From an uncultured virus (IMG/VR IMGVR_UViG_3300021142_001411) (Duplodnaviria; Heunggongvirae; Uroviricota; Caudoviricetes), in IMG/VR virus record IMGVR_UViG_3300021142_001411: a stretch of DNA of 20,000 bases; one strand, 5' to 3'. The position numbers and the translations under genes were made by a program. The notes under the pieces are model-generated. The model was not told the DNA's origin and made no database searches. It saw only the letters and a list, made by a program, of their open reading frames with translations. Below are positions 18,240-20,000 of this stretch, piece after piece (within the stretch, counting starts at the first letter, position 1; each line of letters begins with the position of its first letter).

Positions 18240-19752
18240 ATGAAGATAGAATTAAAATGTAAAAATTGTAATGAGTCATTTATGACTGATTTTAAATTTA
18301 GAGATAAAAGTTTTTGTAATAGAAAATGTTATTTTGAGTATGCAAATGAAAATAAGTTACTGGGTAATAAGAAAGATGAATCAGTAAGGGAGAAGAGAAT
18401 TTGTGTTCAATGTGGAGATGAATTTTTGGAGAGAAAAAAATATGAAAGAAAATTATGTTCTGAAAAATGTAGAAAAGAATGGAATATTACTGAGGATAAT
18501 AAAAATGACAGAATAAAAAAATCAAAAGAATCGATGATTAATAAATATGGTGTTGATTGTCATTTTAAAACTAATGATTTTAAACTTAATGTTAAAAATT
18601 TAATGTTTGAAAAACATGGTGTTTATCACCCAATGGAAAAAAAAGAATTTGTTGATAAATTAAAAAATACCTTTCGTGAAAATCATTTACCAAAATTAAT
18701 ACAGGAATTAAAAATAAATAATATAGAATTAATTGATGATTACATAAACAATAAAGATAAAAATACAAGTAGAACATATAATTTTAAATGTTTAAAATGT
18801 GATAATATATTTTCAAGTACATTATTAGGTTCTGGTAAAATACCTATTTGTAGAAAATGTTATCCAATAATTAAAAATTCATCTATAGAAGTCTTTATTA
18901 AATGAAAACCAAATAACACATGTAGATGGTAATAGAAAAATTTTAAATGGTAAAGAAATTGATATTTTAATTAAAGAAAAAAATATTGGGTTCGAAATAA
19001 ATGGTAATTATTATCATTCAGAAATAAGTGGAGAAAAAGACAAAAATTATCATATTAATAAAAGTAAAATATGTTATGATAATAATATCAAATTAATACA
19101 TATATATGAAGATGAAATAATGTTAAAATTTCCGATAGTTAAATCTAGAATTAAAAATATATTGGGAATTTCTGAAAATAAAATATATGGTAGGAAATGT
19201 ATTGTTAAAGAAATCGATAAAAAAACGGCATCTAATTTTTTAGATAAAAATCACATACAAGGTAATTGTGTCGATAAAATTAGATTAGGTTTATTTTATG
19301 AAAACACATTGGTTTCTATTATGACATTTTCAAATAAAAGAAAAGTATTAGGTAATAAATCCGCAATAAATGAATTTGAATTAATACGATTTTGTAATAT
19401 AGTTGATTCAAATGTAATTGGATCATTTTCAAAATTATTGAATTATTTTATTAACAATTTTTCACCAAATAAAATTATTACATACGCAGATATTAGATGG
19501 TCAGGTTTAAATCCTGAAAGTACAATATACAAAAAATATGGTTTTAAATTTATAGGTACAACACCACCAAATTATTGGTATTTAAATAGAGAAAATTATT
19601 TAAATAGATACCATCGTTTTAATTTTAGAAAAGATATTTTATTAAAAGAAGGATTTAATAAAATTCAAACAGAATGGGAAATTATGAAATTAAAAAATTA
19701 TGATAGAATTTGGGATTGTGGATCAATGAAATTTGAACTAAATTTATTATAA
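18240..19752 (+). pseudogene. Hef-like homing endonuclease gene split by a +1 frameshift near 18889-18905
   Basis: ORF 18240..18905 has CxxC zinc fingers and YGV/HGV repeats. The +1 frame is open from 18889 to 19752 and encodes a Vsr/PD-(D/E)xK-like EIDIL...IGFEINGNYYHSE...LIHIYEDE upstream of the annotated ATG 19120, then NHIQG...ELIRFC...ITYAD...RIWDCG. Confidence 0.8.
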
Positions 19753-19777
19753 CACCAATAGGTGACTCATTTAAAAA
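19741..19777 (+). pseudogene. Degenerate duplicate of the sheath gene 3' end (FIITPIGDSF)
   Basis: 30/37 nt identical to 18077-18113 (FIITPTGASF). Confidence 0.65.
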
Positions 19778-19809
19778 AGACCTTGATTTATTTCAAGGTC
19801 TTTTTTTTT
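19773..19809 (+). terminator. Rho-independent terminator
   Basis: AAAAAAGACCTTGA-tttatt-TCAAGGTCTTTTTT followed by further Ts. Confidence 0.85.
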
Positions 19810-19826
19810 ACTTTTTTTTATATAAA

Positions 19827-20000
19827 ATACTAGAACTAGATATACTAGAACTAGATATACTAGATATACTAGAACTAGATATACTAGAACTAGATATACT
19901 AGAACTAGATATACTAGAACTAGATATACTAGAACTAGATATACTAGAACTAGATATACTAGAACTAGATATACTAGAACTAGATATACTAGAACTAGAT
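19827..20000. repeat. Perfect tandem repeat of ATACTAGAACTAGAT (15 bp), reaching the right window edge
   Basis: 11 identical 15-mers plus one 9-nt variant (ATACTAGAT, 19857-19865). No spacers. Confidence 0.98.

Noticed and set aside
759..18777. Short ORFs 759..1076, 3630..3890, 3944..4135, 8787..9086, 10256..10516, 13521..13757, 14930..15148, 17898..18131 and 18592..18777
   Set aside because: Shadow ORFs nested in or antisense to longer, better-supported genes, with no recognisable motifs.
18903..18905. TGA readthrough or alternative genetic code
   Set aside because: The same frame hits TAA nine codons later and the continuation is in the +1 frame. All long genes are intact under the standard code.
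19120..19752. Independent 210-aa gene
   Set aside because: The frame is open and encodes the nuclease motif for about 77 codons upstream of this ATG, so it is the tail of the frameshifted gene.
19827..20000. CRISPR array
   Set aside because: Units are contiguous 15-mers with no unique spacers, and there are no cas genes in the window.
19737..20000. Coding (ILELD)n repeat protein on the + strand
   Set aside because: The frame is open but has no ATG after the stop at 19734, and it runs through a terminator and T tracts.

Overview
AT-rich segment of a large, distantly T4-like myovirus genome. It carries a family B DNA polymerase and an SNF2-type helicase, each split by a LAGLIDADG intein, interleaved with virion genes: gp13-like neck, gp14-like head closure, gp15-like tail terminator, tail sheath, and LamG-like and BppU-like proteins. 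Two free-standing endonuclease genes are each flanked by a duplicated, diverged copy of the adjacent structural gene's terminus. A GIY-YIG gene sits between two copies of the 5' end of the gp14-like gene. A frameshifted Hef-like gene sits between two copies of the 3' end of the sheath gene. Other highlights are a Phe-initiated class-3-type intein, an unannotated ribbon-helix-helix-like ORF divergent from the sheath gene, a recurrent TATTTAT promoter-like motif, and a perfect CTAG-rich 15-bp tandem array running off the right edge. All family assignments come from motif recognition by eye, not database searches.
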